A stretch of 64,000 nt of DNA from Sphyrna mokarran (lineage: Eukaryota), in NCBI GenBank assembly GCA_024679065.1, contig JAGIQG010000004.1:99944001-100008000 (forward strand), in the 5' to 3' direction. Positions within the stretch are counted from its first letter, which is position 1. Each line of letters starts with the position of its first letter. Below are positions 35,505-49,022 of this stretch, one piece after another. The notes below the pieces were generated by a model. The model saw nothing but the letters and a program-made list of their open reading frames with translations, made no database searches and was not told the DNA's origin. The position numbers and the translations under genes were made by a program.

Positions 35505-37480
35505 TCAAGCTCTTTCATAATCTCATAAGTTTTTCAATGAGACCATTCTTATAAACTCCAGAGAATTTAGGCCTGATATTTACTCAGCCTCTTATCATAG
35601 GAAGCCTCTATTCCCGGGACCAATCTAATGAGCCTTTATTACAGTGCCTCCAATGTAAGTAAGCATGTCCTCCCTTAAATATGTTGGTTAAATTTGCACA
35701 CATTAATCCAGATGCCAACCAAAGCTCTGTACTAATTATAGTATGACTGCTTTAATTCTATACTCTGATCCCCTTGCAATAAAGGCCATTTTCCATTTGC
35801 CTTCCTGATTGCTTGCTGCACTTATATGCTAACTCACTGAATTCCTTGAATGAGCAGAGTCAACTCTCTCTGAGCATCAACATTTACATGTTTCACACAT
35901 TGTTAGAAATTTTCTGCTTTTATATTCTTATGACCAAAGTGAATTGTCTTATACTTGCCCACATTATACTCCATCTGCCATTTTGTTGCCCAACCATCTA
36001 ACCTGTGGATATCTCTTTGCAACGCCTCTGTGTTCCCCTCAAAACTTACATTTCGACTTTGTCCTGTAAATCACAAACTTACACACATTACAATCTTTCT
36101 CTTTGTCTAAGAAATACAGGGTGGGATTCTTCGGCCATTCACGCCAACTGGATTCTCCTGTCCCACTACAGTGAACGGAGATTTGGCTGAGCACCAAGTT
36201 CTTCGTCTTCTCTGGCAATGGTGGCAGGGTGTGAACGACTGGAGAATTCTGGTTATAGGTTGTAAATAGCTCAAGCCCCAACACTGATATTTGCAGCATT
36301 CTACTAATTACGGGCATTTTAATTAGGATCCGAACTCTTCAAACTATCCATGTAGAACATCTACTTATGACATTGGTTCATACATAGATCACAATAACTG
36401 GATCATTTCCTGCCCATTCCACATTTGTGTTCAGCCATGCGGCGATGTCTTCAAACCTAGCACCAGTCAGACAACACAATATTCGGAGTCTCCAGTCAGA
36501 AAGTGAATATAAAGAACAGTGTATAGCCTCTGAATGTTTGGTCCCTATCACTACCACTTTTTTTTTGATTCCATCAATTGAATAGCATCCTGTGCCAGGG
36601 TGATATGGTCAGTTTACTCATTCAACCTGCAGTTTTTCTCTTCACCCACACAGGTCACAAGCAGTTCATACTTGTTGGTCAAAGCCAAAGGCTGAGGCTC
36701 CTCCATCACTTGCTGTTGGATCCACATTCCTGTCTCATTCACAATAATACGCTGCCATCCCTGATAACTGATCAACTCAAAAGTACTAACTAGCCTAAGG
36801 GATCTGACTGCTCCCTGAAACAAAATGACCATGCAACTCTCCCCGCATCCCTGATGATGTGCAGTGTCGGCATATTAAATTCCAGCTCAGCAACTCTGTT
36901 GCTTGAATCTAGGGAATGATAATGTCGTTACAATATTACTTTTGGATGACTGGATGTAACAGTTCAAAAGCATAGGGATCAGCTTTTGAGATATAAGCAG
37001 CTTGTGGCTAGTGTGCTAAACCTATCAAAGTGACTTGTGCACTTCATTTATCATTCAAAAAACACCCCTGCTGTTGTCAATTTAAAAATTGATTCTACCT
37101 ACATGAACTCTGAATATTGTCAGGCTAACCTCCAAGCAGGTAATTAACATCGAGAGGGAATACAGAATAAGACAAGGCCTTAGGCATCAAGGAACGAGTA
37201 CTAAGTTGGGAACTCTGAGCTGGAGGTGCTCAAGCTGCAAATGTTTGATTGTCCATGACTTGATCCATCCCAGCGAAGGTTAGACAGCCATGTTACACCA
37301 CAATCTATGTTGTGTCGGCCTAACTTACTTATTTGATTAAGTCAATTAGTTAATAATTTACACAGCTGAAATACTACCAAATCTCCTAACTTGAAGAAGA
37401 AGAACAGTCATCAGCTACTGGAGAGTGAAAAAGGATATAAAAAACAGCATTGCCTGCCCCTCTGTGCTGAATTCCCACTG
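35505..37480 (-). mobile_element. Old internally deleted CR1 LINE retaining ORF1 (esterase-type) and 5' UTR remnants
   Basis: ORF2 3' motifs 35505-36320; ORF1 motifs VVVIG, EPQPLALTNKYELL and RVAELE at 36330-36896; continues at 37214 after an inserted inverted copy. Confidence 0.75.
36119..36254. mobile_element. ~136-bp MITE
   Basis: GGGTGGGATTCT ... GGAGAATTCTGGTT; same family as 58674-58810. Confidence 0.75.
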
Positions 37481-37828
37481 GCATCAAATTTCTAACTTAA
37501 TACTTGTTCCTTGATGCTGAAGGCCTTGTCTTATTCTTGCATTCTGTCTTGATATTAATTAACTGCTTGGCGATCAACCTGACAACATTCAGAGTTCATG
37601 TTGTTAAAATCAATTTTTAAATTGACAACAGCAGGGGCTTTTTTTGAATGATAAATGAAGTTCTCTCAGGTCACTTGGATAGAGTAACGCACTAGCCATA
37701 AGCTGCTGATATCTCAAGACCTGATCTCTTGGTGTTTGAACTGTTACCAGTCCCAGTTACAAACCAAAACTTCAGCCATCCAAAAGCAATACTGTAGCGA
37801 CATTATCATTTCCTGGATTCAGGCAACA
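36897..37828. repeat. Long inverted repeat: arms ~36897-37213 and ~37487-37828
   Basis: TGTTGCTTGAATC...CTGCTGTTGTCAATTTAAAAATTGATT...GAATAAGACAAGGCCTT pairs with AAGGCCTTGTCTTATTC...AATCAATTTTTAAATTGACAACAGCAG...GATTCAGGCAACA. Confidence 0.92.
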
Positions 37829-38092
37829 ATCATGGTTCCTCAATCAACAGCATTCTATCTGGTTGTACCATATCCCTGGCAGATGATTGAATAATTATTA
37901 AATTCATACATTCCACATGATACAAAAAAAAGTTTACTCCTTTCTATAGATAATTTTAACCTACAGAATTCAAGTCCACCTTTGACTAAGATTGATGTGT
38001 CTGTTCAGCTCTTGACTTCATACAAGGATGTACAATTAAAACTATGTCCAGTAGGTGGGTAGAATAAAGTGTCGATTACCAAGTTATCATAG

Positions 38093-38690
38093 ATCATAGA
38101 ATCCCTACAGTACAGAAGGAGGCCATTCAGCCCATTAAATCTGTACTGATCACAATCCAACCTAGGCTCTATTCCTTAGCCCTACGCATTTACTCTGCTA
38201 ATCCCTCTGACACTAGGGCCAATTTAGTATGGCCAATCAATCCGCCCCACACATCTTAAAGTAAATAAAGTTTATTGATTAGAGACAAGTAGGCTTATAT
38301 TAACACTGCAATTAAGTTACTGTGAAAATCCCCTAGTTGCCACACTCCAGCGCCTGTTTGAATACATGAGGGAGAATTTAACATGGCCAATGCACGTAAC
38401 CAGCACATTTTTCAGAGTGGGGAGGAAGCCAGAGCACCTGGAGGAAACCCACTCTGATACGAGAAGAACATGCAAACTCCACACAGACAATGACCCAGGC
38501 TGGGGAATCAATTCCAGGTCCCTGGTATAGTGAGCAGCAGTGCTAACCACTGTGCCATTATGCCATTCAATTGGACTTTGGGAGGAACCCATGCAGACAT
38601 GAGCAGAATGTACAAACTCCATCCAGACAGTGACCCCCCCAGGGCCAGAATTGAACTTGGGACCCTGGCACTGTGAGGCAGCTGTGCATA
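38093..38690 (-). mobile_element. V-SINE type A with a type B V-SINE nested at ~38257-38565
   Basis: A tail 38093-38256 ends CACATCTT, a complete B element follows, A resumes TTGGACTTTGGGAGG. Confidence 0.87.
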
Positions 38691-39574
38691 ATTTCATGAC
38701 ACCTCTTTCTCAAAACATTCTGACATACTCAAAAGCAAAATTATCATTTTATAACTTCCAACTATCACGGACTCACATCCAAAATTGCACACAACCCAAA
38801 AATATATGAGATACAGATTTTGAATTTTTTAGAAATTGTTCTTTAAAACTTGCAATGATTCATTGTACTGCAAAAAGAATTTCTAACTAGAGATAATGGA
38901 TTTATTCAAAACTGGAGATAAATTCTAGTTAAAGGCAGTGCAATCTTTTTACTGGTGTCCTTATTGATTTATTGATGTGCATGTTTCTCTCCAATAATGA
39001 ATAGTAGAGATCAGCTCACTTCGTGAATTTTAATTTAAAAATTTATTCTCACATTTCTTCTCTTGCAGTTTCCAGCATAAACTTATTTTTCTGTTCTGTA
39101 GTAAAATAATTAAAATTGTTTGAGGAGTGAAACTTTTTGGAATCATTCTATTGTTAGCCACTGTGATAATTAGTTGAGAGAAATTTCTATAAAATAATCG
39201 AGGAATGAAAAGCTTCTAATTCAATTAAGTGGTTTTGAAGAAAGTACGGTTTAAGTGTTTTTTTTTAACATCAGCAGAAGAAGAATGAATTGCTTCTTAC
39301 AGGACACATTATTCTCCACTGTCAATCTCCAATAATTATAGATAGCATTGTTAAAAAAAAAGCTTGATATTTCCTTCAGTGCAGTATAGGTAGAGCAATG
39401 TAGGTATGGAATGATAAACATAACAGCGACCGCAAAGCTGAAAGTGTGCGACGCAATAGTCATACTAGTTCACGGGTAATGGACTCACATGAAGCATATT
39501 GCACAATTTAATAAAGAACAGTACTGATTCTACCAGTGAGCACCACAGCCTCAGCTGTGATGTTTTTAAAATTT

Positions 39575-40935
39575 CTTTCAGGGGATGAGGGTTTTGCTGG
39601 TTAGGTCAGTATTTAGTGTCCATCCTTGATTGCTCTTGAGAAGGTGGTGGTGAGTTGCCTTAATGAACTGCAGTATTCCATGTGGTGTATGTGGACTCAC
39701 ACTCCTTTTAGGATGGGACTTACAGAATTTTGATTGAGCCACTGTGAGGGGAATAGTTGTATAATTCCAAGTCAGGGTGGTCTGTGCCTTAGAGGGATCT
39801 TGCAGATGGTGCTGCTCCCATCTGTCGACTGCCCATGTCCTTCTTGGTGATAGGGGTTGCAGATTTGAAAGATGCTGTCGAAGGACCCTTGGTGAGTTGC
39901 TGCATTGCATCTTGTAGATAGTGCAGACTAATGCCACTGTGCACCAGTTGTGGAGGAAGTGAGTGTTGAACGGTGGATGGAGTCCCAGAAAAGTGGGTAG
40001 CTTTGTTCTGGATGGTGTTGAGCTTTTTGAGTTTTGTTGAAGCTGCATCATTATCCTACCTTGTGCCTTTCAGATGGTGGACAGGCTTTGGGGAGTCAGG
40101 AAGTGAATTATTTACCATCAACTTCCTGCCCTTGTAGCACAGTATTTATATGGCTGTTTCAGTGCTGTTTCTGGTGCTTGGTAAACCCCAAGATGTTGAT
40201 AGTGATTCAGCAATAGTAATGCCTTCGAATATAGGCAGATGATTAGATTCTTTCTTGTTGGAGATGGCCATTGCCTGGCATAAATATTACGTGCCACCTA
40301 TCAGCCCACGCCTAAATGTTATTCAGTTCTTGCTGCATATGGACAAGGATGTTTCAGTATCTAAGGAGTCATGAATGGTGTTGAACACTGTGTAATCATC
40401 AGCAAACATTCCCACTTCTGACCTTATGACAGAACATGGGGGATTGCTGAAGCAGCTGAAGATAGTTGAGTCTAAGACACTATTTCAAGAAACTCCTGCA
40501 GAGATAACCTGGGACTGAGATGATTGACCTTCAATCATCACTACGATCTTCCTTTATGTTAAGAATGATATCAACCAGTGGGGAATTTTTCCTGTTGGCT
40601 TCAATTGTTCTAAGGTTCCTGGTGCCCCATATGATCAATTAAAAAAAATCAAGCTCTGGAACTCACCTCTTTTTTTTCAAGTTTGGATCAAAGCGGTACG
40701 TGGTCCGGAGGCTGAATAGTCCTGACAGAATCCGGAACTGTGCATTAATGAGCAGGTAATTGGAGAGTAGGTGCTACTTTACAGCAAACAACAAATCTTT
40801 GCATCATTTTGCTGATATTTGAGGGTAGATTGATGGGAAGGCAATTGGTTGGATGGGATTTGTACTACTGTTTGTGGTCAGGGCATACCTGGGCAAATTC
40901 CTACTTTGTCATGTAAAAGTCAGTTTTGTAGCAAA
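39575..40935 (-). mobile_element. CR1-group (Zenon/T1-like) LINE 3' ~1.35 kb
   Basis: Minus ORF HNWCTVALVCTIYKMQCSNSPRVLRQHL...KATHHHLLK; reverse-complement FADD (ATCATCAGCAAAC) near 40395. Confidence 0.82.
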
Positions 40936-41082
40936 ATGCAAGTGCAAAACAAAGAGACAGGTTTATTACATATTTCAGCATATTATCTATAACATCAGTT
41001 TGCAAACTGATACAATCTTAACTGCAGAAGACAGACGCCAGACCTCCCACTTCATTCTCGAGCAACATTCAACTTCTCAAAT

Positions 41083-41934
41083 TTTACCAGGATGCTGCCT
41101 GGTATGGAAGGACTGTCTTATGAGGAACGATTAAATAGACTGGGGTTGTTTTCCCTTGAAAGACGTCGGCTTAGAGGGGATCTCATAGAGGTGTATACGA
41201 TTATAAGGGGTATAGATAGAGTAAATGGAGGTAAACTTTTTCCACCTTCAGAAATGGATAGGACGAGGGGTCATGGCCTTAGGGTGAGGGGGGCTATGTA
41301 TAAGACGAATATTAGAGGGCAGTTTTTCACACAAAGGGTAGTGGGAGTGTGGAATGCACTGCCGAGTAAGGTGGTGGGAGCAGGCACGCTAGGGCTGTTT
41401 AAGGGTCTCTTGGACAGCCACATGAGCGTTATGCAGATAGAGGGATATAGTAGGACTGTTTAACTATGGCTTTTTTTTCCACAGTTAATTCGGTCCATAC
41501 TTGACCAACAAGGATCATGCATTCGGCAGGTGGTGCGAGGACAGCTCTTGGATGTTGATTCACGGGTTGCCTGGTGCTTCATGTCGTAAATGAGTGCTTT
41601 ATCTGGACCATCTGAAGGGCACCATGACAGCTCAGTGACTATCGCTGTAGCTGTGCAGACACTTGGAATTGGCCGGTGTCTGCGGGAGTTTGCGCGTTCT
41701 CCCCGTGGTTGCGTGGGTTTTCTCCGGGCGCTCTGGTTTCCTCCCACATCCCAAAAAATTCGCTCTTAGGCTGATTGGGAAACAAATTGTCCCTACATTG
41801 AGACTCTTCCATATTAGGAATAATCTAAAATTAGAATAGGATAATGGAATTGTTACTATATAGTTATGACGGCGGCGCGGGCTCGTTGGGCCGAAGGGCC
41901 TGTTTCCCGTGCTGTGTTGCTCTTAAAAAAAAAA
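41083..41934 (+). mobile_element. Young CR1 LINE 3' end with extended 3' UTR containing a V-SINE-derived segment
   Basis: Open ORF2 end (stop 41461-41463), V-domain at ~41677-41752, CR1-type terminal GGGCCGAAGGGCCTGTTTCCCGTGCTGT, A10 run, AAATT at both junctions. Confidence 0.9.
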
Positions 41935-43332
41935 TTCTGGTTCATCACTTCTTTATCATTCATAGACACTATTATATGATGGTTTTATGACATCTCTATG
42001 TACTTGAATACTGCTTAGATTAGCTTGTTAGTGTTACCTTAACACTTCAGTATTCTATATATTCATTCAACAAAATAGAAGATATGCATGACAGCAAATT
42101 TAGTTAATTGCACTTTTGTTGTATCACAAGAGATGTAATGTTGAAAAATATTTATGAACTTGGAATTAATTTTAGGCAACGGGGATTGCAATTGTTGCTG
42201 ACTAAAATAAAAAAAAGATTTCTTTTTGAGCTTCATGGTCATGGTCTTCTTTTTTCCTTAACTCAACAAAGGGACATTCATGCTGTGCTACCTCATTTTA
42301 GCTGCCTGTTCTGGATTTCAACAATTGCTCAGCTTGCAACGCATGGATCCTCATCACTATTTAATGACTTAAAACAATTTTGCTCAAGTGCCTCAATTTT
42401 GTTTGCACCAGAATAGTTCAAATATTATTTTTCCCCATTGGCCTTTGAGGCTCAGAAGTGAAGTAAGCATGGCAGTGCCAGCCGTTTTGCAGTGGCTCTA
42501 AATAAAAACTTGCCTGCATGCTCTCAGTTTTGACTGGCATTATGTTTACAAGTGTGAATATAAAGATATGACCCAATGGCATTGTCTGGGGACTGGCAGT
42601 AAATTGGCTTGTGAACTTGGAATATCAGAGTGTAACATTATTGCTGGAAATGAGAGATAAAGCTGCTTCTTCAATACATTAGTAACTTCTATCCAGCAAT
42701 CATCAAAATAAAAATACATTATTGAATTAATTAAGAATTTGAAAAACAAAATGACACAAATGAAGATATGGAAAATTATGTTTGAATAACTGTATTCAAA
42801 CTGTATGCTTTATAGTACTTTCTGTGTTAAGTTTTATTACTTTCATTTTAGCCCACCTGAACAGAATGTACTCTGTCTCAAGTTACAAATGCTATTCCCC
42901 ATGATGGCTTTTCCTCACCCCATACAGTGCTGATGTATCTCTTTATGTCACCTGGTGGCTATTGTCAATTATATTGTCATGGCGTGCAAGATAAAGTATT
43001 AGGCTTGATACTATTAATCGGCGTAGTAGCAAAATATTGCAGCTTTTCCTATCCCCATCTCAGCAGTACACAATCTGTTTGTACTAATGCTCTTAGCTTC
43101 AACTTGAAAAGCATAGCTACAATTGGCTCCTTCCTAATCCACCTTGCATCGAGGGACAACATCTTCACTCATCCGTTTGTTGGCATTCTCCTTAATTCAG
43201 CTGCAAGAGCTTTGGTAGAACGTAATTACTAGTCAGTCTCCAAAGGACACTTGGATGATTGCCTGCAATGGATTTGAGAATGAAAACAACACTTCCTCCA
43301 GGGTTTCATACAGATTCTCAGAATGAAGTATT

Positions 43333-43780
43333 ATCATAGAATCCCTAAAATGCAGAAGGAGACTATTCGATCCATCGAGCCTGCAACAACAACATTCCCA
43401 TCCAGGCCCTAATCCTGTAACCCCATGTATGTACCCTCCTAATCCCCCTGACGCTAAGGGGTGAATTTTCCTGTTCCGCCACCACAGGAATTGTAGCAGG
43501 TGAGGGGCAGACCATGGAAAGATCCGTTGACCTCGGGCAGGATTTTCCAGTTTTGGAGTGCAGGCAGCTGGAAAATCCCACCCAAAGTGTCAATTTAGCA
43601 TGGCCAATTAATTCTAACCTTCATACCTTTGGAGTGTGGAAAGAAACGGGAGCACCTGGAGGAAACCCACGCAGACACAAGAAAAATGTGCAAACTCCAC
43701 ACATTCAGCAGAGACCGGAATTGAACCTGTATCCTTGGCACTGTGCGGCAGCAATACCAGCCATTGTGCCACTGTGCCTC
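43333..43780 (-). mobile_element. V-SINE type A containing a MITE
   Basis: Tail 43333-43457, V core and head 43584-43780. Confidence 0.88.
43458..43583. mobile_element. 126-bp MITE inside V-SINE
   Basis: TAA|GGGGTGAATTTTCC ... GGAAAATCCCACCC|AAA. Confidence 0.87.
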
Positions 43781-46700
43781 AATGCAGCCTTGTATTTTGT
43801 TTGCTTTTAAAATGAATTCGACATAAACCTTCACCAAACCTTTCTGGTATTGAAAGTTGTTTTATTAAGGTGGGGTAGGGTGGTGAGAGGGAGAGGTACA
43901 ATGAGGTTGAAATGTTTTCCGATTCTATCCATCAATCATCTCAAATTTCCCATCTGTGCTCCAAGATGTTTTAATAAGCTGATTTATAAAGAGAGAAACC
44001 TATAATATTTCCATTCTGCAGAGAGAAGTGCTAAAAATAGCTGTCAATTAGGATAGCTGGAAAATTCAACAGCAAATTAAAATCCTTCTGAAAATGTAAA
44101 CGATGCATATATAATCTAATACATACTGGCAGTTCTGCACTGAGAATTTCAACTGTGATTTAGAAATAGGAGTTGCTAATTATTTACAACGAGAAATGAA
44201 AGGCAAATAGACACTGTGTATTTATAATTTTTATCACTTCCCTCAAGCTTTCACAATGTACAGTTTAGCACTAAGATTCAGAAGAGTGCCAACATTGATT
44301 TGGATGATTTTCAGTTTTTGAAATATTCTCTGTCAATTTGCAGTAAATAATTTGGAGCTGCAATAGCTCCTGGAAATTTCCCCCCACTTGCACTGTTTTA
44401 TTAGATCCTAATCGTGTTTTGAGGAAAAAGACACTCTTAGGCTCCAGCTAGTCTAATTGTATCATCTATATCTCTACTGATTGTTGTTCCTGGCTTGTGA
44501 ATGCATGAACTTCTGCAGGTATTAATAGGGGTGTTCTGGACTACATATAGATCAAAGCCCATAGATCTTCCAGATAGAATCTAACAGCACCCTGTCATGG
44601 GTGACAGATAAAGCACAGATTAAAACTTACATTGGTTTGTATGAGCAATATACTTAATATATTAATGGCTTAACCAAGGGGTAGATGAATTAACTTCTAT
44701 AGCGATTGTAATCACTACTCTATGATTCATACAGACTAGTGCAAAACATAAGCACGAACGATGAGTTTGATCAATCAACAACTTTGCTTATATAACCGGA
44801 CAGACACAAAGTGCAAGCCAAGTTGTAAAAAGGATGGCATAAAAATCGTTATGCTAAGATTGTTGATATACTTATTGGCATAAAAATTGTGAAATGCTTC
44901 AAGCTTCAATATTAATTTCAAAGAACATCAGATGGTCAAAGGAATACACATCTGTACAATTTACTTTCTCACTCTGGCTGTGATTTGGGGCAGTCACCTG
45001 ACCCAAGTTGGCCAAGAATTTCCCAAGTTGTTACTGCAAAGTATGCTCAAACAAGATAACATATTTCATTTCATAATAATTTTGCTATCTTGCTTGTTTA
45101 AAAGCTATTGACAAATGACTTTTGCAGAATCACTACAGGTTTTCAAACCTAATAATAATTTGATTCAATGGTGAAGTAGTACAAAGAAGGCTAAAGCTGT
45201 TAGGACTTTTATTCAGAGAGCTCTTACAGTAATTATAGTCAATTTAAACTTGTTTTTACTTGGATAAAAGCATATTAAAAATGTGAACATGGCATGCACT
45301 CAGTGCTGCCACATATAAGCAAAATCCTGGGACTCTCTTTGGTGACAAATACATGCCCATTGGGGTAATCTTACCATTCTCCTTCTTGTCCCTCTCACCC
45401 CACCCAATGCTGACCTTGTGGGCTCTGCTAGAAGGACAACTTTCACTGCTCTCTACCTCTCCCTCGAGAAAGTCTTGTGGATAGCGACTTGTCATCCAAT
45501 GAGTGCACAATGGATATTTGTGTTGCCATGGCCTTGACTAAAAACTAGCTATAGAATGATGCCATCTTTTCCCTAAAGAATGTCTCTCCACCTGACCATG
45601 TCATTCACCATTTGTTATCATGGTGACGAAATGGCTCTTACCATTAAATCAAATCATATCCTGCCCTCTTATACCTCTGAATCTTTCTTCTCTTTTGAGT
45701 AATTTATCTTGTTTCATGACTCTTAGCTCGTGGTTAAATCCTTATTCAGTAGCCCTCATGCAAATAATTTTCTCACAGATATCTGTTTTCCTCCCTCAAT
45801 CTCTGCACCAAGTTACCTCTTGCCTTCTGGAATTTCAAATTCCATTTCAATGCCCTTTATTCTGCAAAGTTCACTGCTATCTTATTTTCCCCTTTGTTTA
45901 ATCCTCCACGTAAATTCTCCAAGCCATTTTCACAGCCACTCCTTTTGTCACTTCCCGCACACATCACCCTTTCTCTCCGAATCCCGCTTACCTCTGTGTT
46001 TCCCCTTTGAAAGAAGCTCTTTCCCAATTCACTATACTTTTCACTTCCCAATTGTCTAGCCTTTGGTCCATTGTTGACCTTGACATTTCTGAAGCTATTA
46101 CTTGTTTAACCACACTTCACCTTTGCCTTGTGTTTCCATTTAAACTATTGCTTTCTATCACCCTGATAGCTTGCTTGCTGCAGTCCTTGATTGCATTTCC
46201 TTACATTCAAGGAATGCAGGGTTGAAAGAATATGATAGAAAACTGGTTTGGCCAATAACCACCAGATCTGAACGAAACGTATAAGAATATATTTGACTTC
46301 TGTCCCTTTATGCCAGAACCGTTCACTATTTCAGAATCATCCTGGAATGCAAAAAATACCCCTGACTTCTTCTCTCTACAGTAAACAATCATCTGCATCT
46401 CCACTAAACTTCCTCTGCAGGTCCCTCATACTTAGTCCTAAACTCGCATTGTTCCCTATGTTCTCTCCTATCACTTCCTCACAGAGCTCATAATTCCACA
46501 GAGTCCACCTCCTAATTCCTCAATTCCATTGCCACTGCTGAACACCCAACTTTTCCCCAGTGGACTCTGATACAGTGGATTCCAGCATTCAAGTGAATAA
46601 ATATTCCCAACTTGTTTTTTTGTTGCTCTTAGTTATTTCTTGTGATAAAACTCTTTCCTTTCCTGTCTCTTCATTGTGTGCTTATGCGTATTTTTGAGAC

Positions 46701-47072
46701 ATCCATCCCCTAGATTTGAATGTATGAATAAACAATACTTCTATCCTAAAGAGAGTTTACTCTGGATCACTTTAAAATTCACTTCACAAACTGAAGGTTT
46801 GGAGAAATGTGCTACAGTCAACTTAAAAAAAATTAAAACTCTTAGGGAAGCAGCCATCCGATGAAGATTTGTTTTCTGATTCAGCCAATGGGAAGATGTT
46901 CAGTAAGATAAATCTGTCAAATGCTACTTGCAATTAGAATTACCGACAAGACCAAAGAAATTATTTACTACTCATAAACACAATGGATTGTGCTAGTACG
47001 TAAATTAACATTTTAGGATTCTACTTCCCTGGCAATGCTCCAGAGTGCTGTGGATCTAGTGCTAAGTGCATC

Positions 47073-47395
47073 ATCATAGAACCCTACAGTTCAGAAGAAG
47101 GCCATTCCACATTTCAAGTCTGCACCAACAACAATCTCACCCAGGCCTTATCCTCACTTAGTTACCCTGCTATTCCTTCTAATATATCCCATTCTGGGAC
47201 CCCAAGGGTTAACTTAGCATGTTCAATCAACCTAACCCACACATCTTTGGACTGTGGGAGGACAGCAGAGCTCCCAGAGGAAATGTGGGGAGAATGTGTG
47301 CAAATTCATGTAGACAGTGACCCACATCGGGAATTGAACCCAGGTCCCTGGAGCTGTGAGGCAGCAGTGCTAACCACTGTGCCACTATGCCGCCC
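47073..47395 (-). mobile_element. V-SINE type A
   Basis: Head CTGTGAGGCAGCAGTGCTAACCACTGTGCCACTATGCCGCCC and tail in reverse complement. Confidence 0.9.
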
Positions 47396-48704
47396 AAAAA
47401 AGGGGCACCGACGAGGATGGGATGGAATGAAGGAAGTGTGGTTCTTCTTAGATGACATTCTAGTTAGTGATAAAGTTATATTGGTTTAATATGTGCCAGT
47501 TTCTCCTATTTTAATTTGTAATCTGTTTCCTGAAAATGTTTAGTTTCCTGATTTTAAAAGTGTGTGCATTTATGGAGGTGATAAAGAACATCATTTACCT
47601 TTTAATCTGAAACATTAATTACAGTTACTAAGATGCAGGTTTGTTGAATTGACTTTCTATATATCAATCTTAATTAATTATTCATTATTAAGAAAATAGC
47701 CAAAAGTTGAGTTCACAACAAATCACATAGAATATTGAATAATTGAAGCTTTTGGGAGATTAGAAGGCAGGAAATAAATGATTGCTGACCACTGCTTACA
47801 TATCGAGTTAGTCCCTATTGTGTGTCTTCATAAAAACAAAGCAAAATGCTGACTACTTAAGTGATTAAAATGTCCATCTTAAGTTGTAACAAGGATTCTA
47901 AATTCAGATAATCATGATGAAGTAGTTGTTAAAAATCATTAGAAGATGTATAAAAACATAAAATATAAGCATATAATCCACTTAATGCACTTGTCAATGC
48001 AGTTGTCTTGTGATAAACCCAGAACTACTTTTCAAGATATACTTTGCTGTGACCAAAAATTCTAAATAGTACAAATATAATGATTTAGCTTTCTTATGCA
48101 CCTCTAAATAAGGTTTTGCAACACCTTAATCATATTGATTATGAAATCAATGAAAACCTGAATTGTTAATAGGGATATTTTACAGAAATGAGGCATTATG
48201 CAGAAACTAGAGTGAATGGTGTGATGCAATTCCACCAGAATTATGCATAAATGAGATATCACAATGCACATTCTGAAGTTCTTTTTAAAAACTAATGGAT
48301 TTTTGTGATGTTGTTTGCATAAATCCATGAGACATGATGAAAGCCAATGAAGGAAGTGAATAATAATCAAGTGTTCTTTAATCCCTGGGAAACATGAGCA
48401 AATTAGCAGGCTTTGCAAACGTGATGGATGTATTTCAAAGTTTTCATTCCTTATTTGGACTAAACTACTTTATAATCAGAACAATATCATTACTAAATAA
48501 GGACATTTGAGTTTTATAGAGGCAGATATTGTATTTAAATCAAACGCTTGGATCAGGAATTGCATTTAATTAGAATGAACAAGATCCTACCAAAGGCTTT
48601 GACTTCCATTTAGGCTTAATAATCTTCTAGTAATATTTGTCCTCGCACTTAATAAAAGATTGATGATAGAATGTTTTATAGAAACTTCTCTAGAATGTGT
48701 CTCA

Positions 48705-49022
48705 GTGTGGCATGGTGGCTCAGTGTTCAGCACTGCTGTCTTACAGCAAGAGGGACCTGGGGCCGATTCCCAACTTGGATCACTGTCAATGTGAAGTCTG
48801 CATGTTCTCCCTGTATTTGCATTGGTTTCTTCCAGATGCTCGGGTCTTCTCTCATAGGCTGAAAGATATGCTGGTTAGGTGAATTGGCCATGCTAAATTC
48901 TCCTTCAGTGTTCCTGAACAGGCGCTGGAGTATGGTGACTCGAGGATTTTCACGGTAATTTCATTGCAGTGTTAATGTAAGTCTACTTATGACTAATAAA
49001 TAAATTTAAACTTTTAAACTTT
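48705..49022 (+). mobile_element. V-SINE type B
   Basis: Head, V core, tail TTCATTGCAGTGTTAATGTAAGTCTACTTATGACTAATAAATAAA. Confidence 0.9.

Noticed and set aside
44830-44895. Two TGGCATAAAAAT copies as a Hox/Cdx site pair
   Set aside because: Short AT-rich motif, plausible by chance; no conservation data.
45500-46200. Pyrimidine-rich ORFs, possibly an ancient L2 RT remnant (LDISEA)
   Set aside because: Too degenerate to call confidently; no splice or homology support for a gene.
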